From assembly GCF_022045235.1 (NCBI RefSeq), contig NW_027266308.1, positions 66,712,001 to 66,776,000 of the forward strand: a stretch of 64,000 nucleotides of DNA, in the 5' to 3' direction. The notes under the pieces are model-generated. The model made no database searches and was not told the origin of the DNA. It saw only the letters and a list, made by a program, of their open reading frames with translations. The position numbers were made by a program, and so were the translations under genes. This DNA comes from Haliotis cracherodii (taxonomy: Eukaryota). This document shows positions 61,274 through 64,000 of this stretch, piece by piece. Position 1 is the stretch's first letter; the number at the start of each line of letters is the position of its first letter.

Positions 61274-61275
<2 letters not shown>

Positions 61276-63289
61276 CTCCCCCCCCGAGACACGAGCTCCA
61301 AAAGTACAGAGACCCGGGATTGCGGGATAGAATATATAGGTCTTCAGCAACCCATGACTGCCGTAAAAGGTGATTATGCTTGTCGTAAAAGGCGACTAAA
61401 GGGATCGGGTGGTCAGGCTCGCTGACTTGGTTGATGCATGTCATAGATTCCAATTGACTCGATCAGTGTCTAGGCTGACAGTGACCGTCTACAGAAATCT
61501 ACAAATTTACCTTAGTGTCTGTTTGACACATCTTTAATCACCTTTCAATGATCGGCCAGTTGATCAATGATGACTAACACATGTAATCGCCAAGGGTTTC
61601 TTAACAACTTCGGAAATCTCTCCCGTCACGTTTATCGTGTCAGCTATTCTGACGTCTTGTACTTGATGTAAATGTATTACGACTCGCTGTAATTGTGACT
61701 GACTTTCTGAGGTAGTCCTTAATAGAACTTCATCATCTAATGAACATTTCATCTAAAGAAACTACAAATGTTGTCCCTGCTAAGCATGTTTAGCATACAT
61801 AAGCTCATGTCACCTCTCGCTTTGAAGAACTACTTTATTAAGTGATGCAGCTGGTTGTTGTATGGCTGTCAGTGTAAACATGAAGTCAAACACATTAAAT
61901 GTAATTGTGTATAGATAATATGCAGCATCATAGAATGGTTTACGTATTTGCAAAAAAAATGGGTAAATATAGGAAAATTATATCCTTGTTCTGATATTTA
62001 GCTTTGCATTTTTTTCATTCTTTCATTCCAAAAAGTGATTTCAACTTTTTCAAAGGTCATTGCAACGTCTTATGATATCAGCCTGTTCTACCGAGAAAAT
62101 GATAAGGTGGTAATTATTCATTGAAAGCAAAGGTCATAATTGGAACATAAGAAAACACATTAAAACAAGATACTGCAGTCAAACATTTTCAATGTCTATT
62201 GATGGGTAACATTACACAGACAATAAGAAAGTTACTTCGAATTAGAATATTTATGTTACAGTTGATGACAACATGATGCCCTGTATGTTTCAGAGTATCC
62301 ACGTCTAGAAAACTGCTTGGACCAAAAGAATCATAAATGCAGAAGATGTGTTACCCCTCCTGCAACTGCAAATTATATATATCGGATGCAAGAAGACAAG
62401 AAAAAATGTTACCGTATGTGTCATATGTTTTCAATTCCTGATGTAAAGTGACATACACTGTGAGACATACCTATAATCCAAAGGTATCCGTTTCATGTTT
62501 ATCGCCATCAGAACAAACATGATAAAGGTGCTGAAACTAAGCTCTGTCCTAAATGGTCAATACGGTCATATTGAATATGACAAGTACTATTTGTCATTGG
62601 TACAAAAGATGTATCAAGTAATAAATCATAAGTAGCTTAGTTATTCAAGGATATTAGTTTCAAGCTTATTGTCATTGTTCATAGAAAATTTAACACATAA
62701 CTCTAAACAATCTGGTAATATTTCTTCAATTTGACGACATACATAATATTTCCATAATTCATGAGGGATATGAACTGATACTGACGGAATGTTGGCTTCC
62801 GCGCATACAACCTTGAACTTATAGCAATTTTTCCTTGCAGGTAGTTGTGAGAATATGACTGGGAATGTCACACATTCACTATTGTGGTTACGTCCGGATA
62901 AGGAACACTGTGACGGTGAGTGTATCAACACATGCACTGAGCGTGTTATCTATTGTCATCAAGTACAGTTCTTGCTGAATACTAGACTTTTAGCAGTACC
63001 TGTCTCTTTCAAAATGAAAATAATAAATAATATGTGTTTTCTAGTGTGTTCTGAATGCATATAAGTAATATAATGAGTATCTGATAATATAATTTATAAC
63101 ATACAGACTATAATGAAGCAGTATTTTTCCTGCCTCTGTAATAACCCATGTGTCATGTTGTCTGTATTCCCCCACACTCTGTTCTTTCAACATTGTCCTT
63201 TGTGGTGTCATGCCTGTTAGGTTCCTTGTCAAATCAACAGTGTAATCAAAAGAACAAATGTGGCAGTGAGGAGTGACACGAGTCACTAG

Positions 63290-63545
63290 TAAGTGAGTGA
63301 GTATTCCAGTTATATCGCGACGTGTCAGCTTAATGTGGGAGGAAAGCCTGAAGTGATGCAGGTCTCAGACGTTTACCACTTCGGTGAAACCCACGAGCAC
63401 TGGTATGGTGCTGACAAACCTAAAAACATAATCGGGGCGAACCAGGATTCGAACCCACAATCATAGGTTTCTGGCGTGCCCAGGGACGCAACTCTGCACA
63501 GCGGCTCGCGGCGCCTTAGACGACTGGGCCGACCGTTTCCCGGAG
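63290..63545 (-). mobile_element. tRNA-derived SINE with widely spaced A and B boxes
   Basis: Minus strand ggcccagtcgtctaaggcg ... GGTTCGAATCC, ending cgcgatataactggaatactcactcact; partial copy at ~52320-52380. Confidence 0.6.
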
Positions 63546-63824
63546 ACAAGTCACTAGACTGTATAACTTTTTAAACAGGGTTACTGAACTTGAATAGGAC
63601 TGTTAAGTAGAGCTGGATTGTTCGCTGTGGGAAAATAGGGAACGATGGCATATTTAAGAAACATATAGATGTTAATGAAAATTAGAAAAAGCTATGACAA
63701 CGTGGATAAGAGGAAGAGATGTAAAATGTGTGAAACCAATGTCTGTAATATTGCTGGAAGAGGTGTATTTACTCTCTGTTTTCAAATACTGTGCCATATC
63801 ATTATCTTACTGATACTATTTCAG

Positions 63825-63941
63825 CCACGTGCTCGTACGTGAAGGACAGGTGGTGCTGGCCTGGAACATGCTCTGATGGTCTCACAAAGTCATGTTTGTG
63901 TGATGCCGGATTCAGAAGGAAAGACAGTGCAATATGTGACG
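63825..63941 (+). CDS. Internal EGF-like exon (phase 1-1)
   Basis: tttcag acceptor and G|GTGAGT donor; 117 nt reading xTCSYVKDRWCWPGTCSDGLTKSCLCDAGFRRKDSAICD with six Cys in EGF-like spacing; below the ORF-track cutoff. Confidence 0.7.
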
Positions 63942-64000
63942 GTGAGTGAGTGAGTGGGTGGGTTGCTGGGCGGATTCGTTGGTGGGTTGGTGGACTGGTT

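Noticed and set aside
61560-63290. Decayed minus-strand coding sequence
   Set aside because: Only short ORFs with no motif I can identify.

Overview
Eukaryotic genomic DNA, most likely an invertebrate. The SINE repertoire with (CACT)n tails suggests a gastropod mollusc such as abalone (inference only). Bases 1-7858 are the right-hand part of a Polinton/Maverick (adintovirus-like endogenous virus). Its co-oriented gene block encodes two conserved small proteins (each broken by a frameshift), a chromodomain-bearing retroviral-type integrase, a small membrane protein, a minor capsid protein, a basic core-like protein, a major capsid protein and an adenain-type protease. A repeat-rich terminal region ending in ACTACT follows. 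pPolB and the packaging ATPase are not identifiable in the window and presumably lie upstream. The remaining 56 kb is AT-rich host DNA packed with decayed transposable elements: Penelope-like, Tc1/mariner, RNase H-bearing and CR1/L2-like LINEs, a Gmr1-like LTR fragment, a Harbinger nested in a Kolobok-like element, a Helentron-type element, a MULE-like MITE and SINEs. It also holds a recent 3 x 3.54-kb tandem triplication. Under the TE clutter is an older, larger tandemly duplicated unit carrying a signal peptide + TSP1 + EGF exon (one intact copy, one frameshifted copy). A further EGF-like exon lies near the window end. Family assignments come from motif recognition, not database searches.
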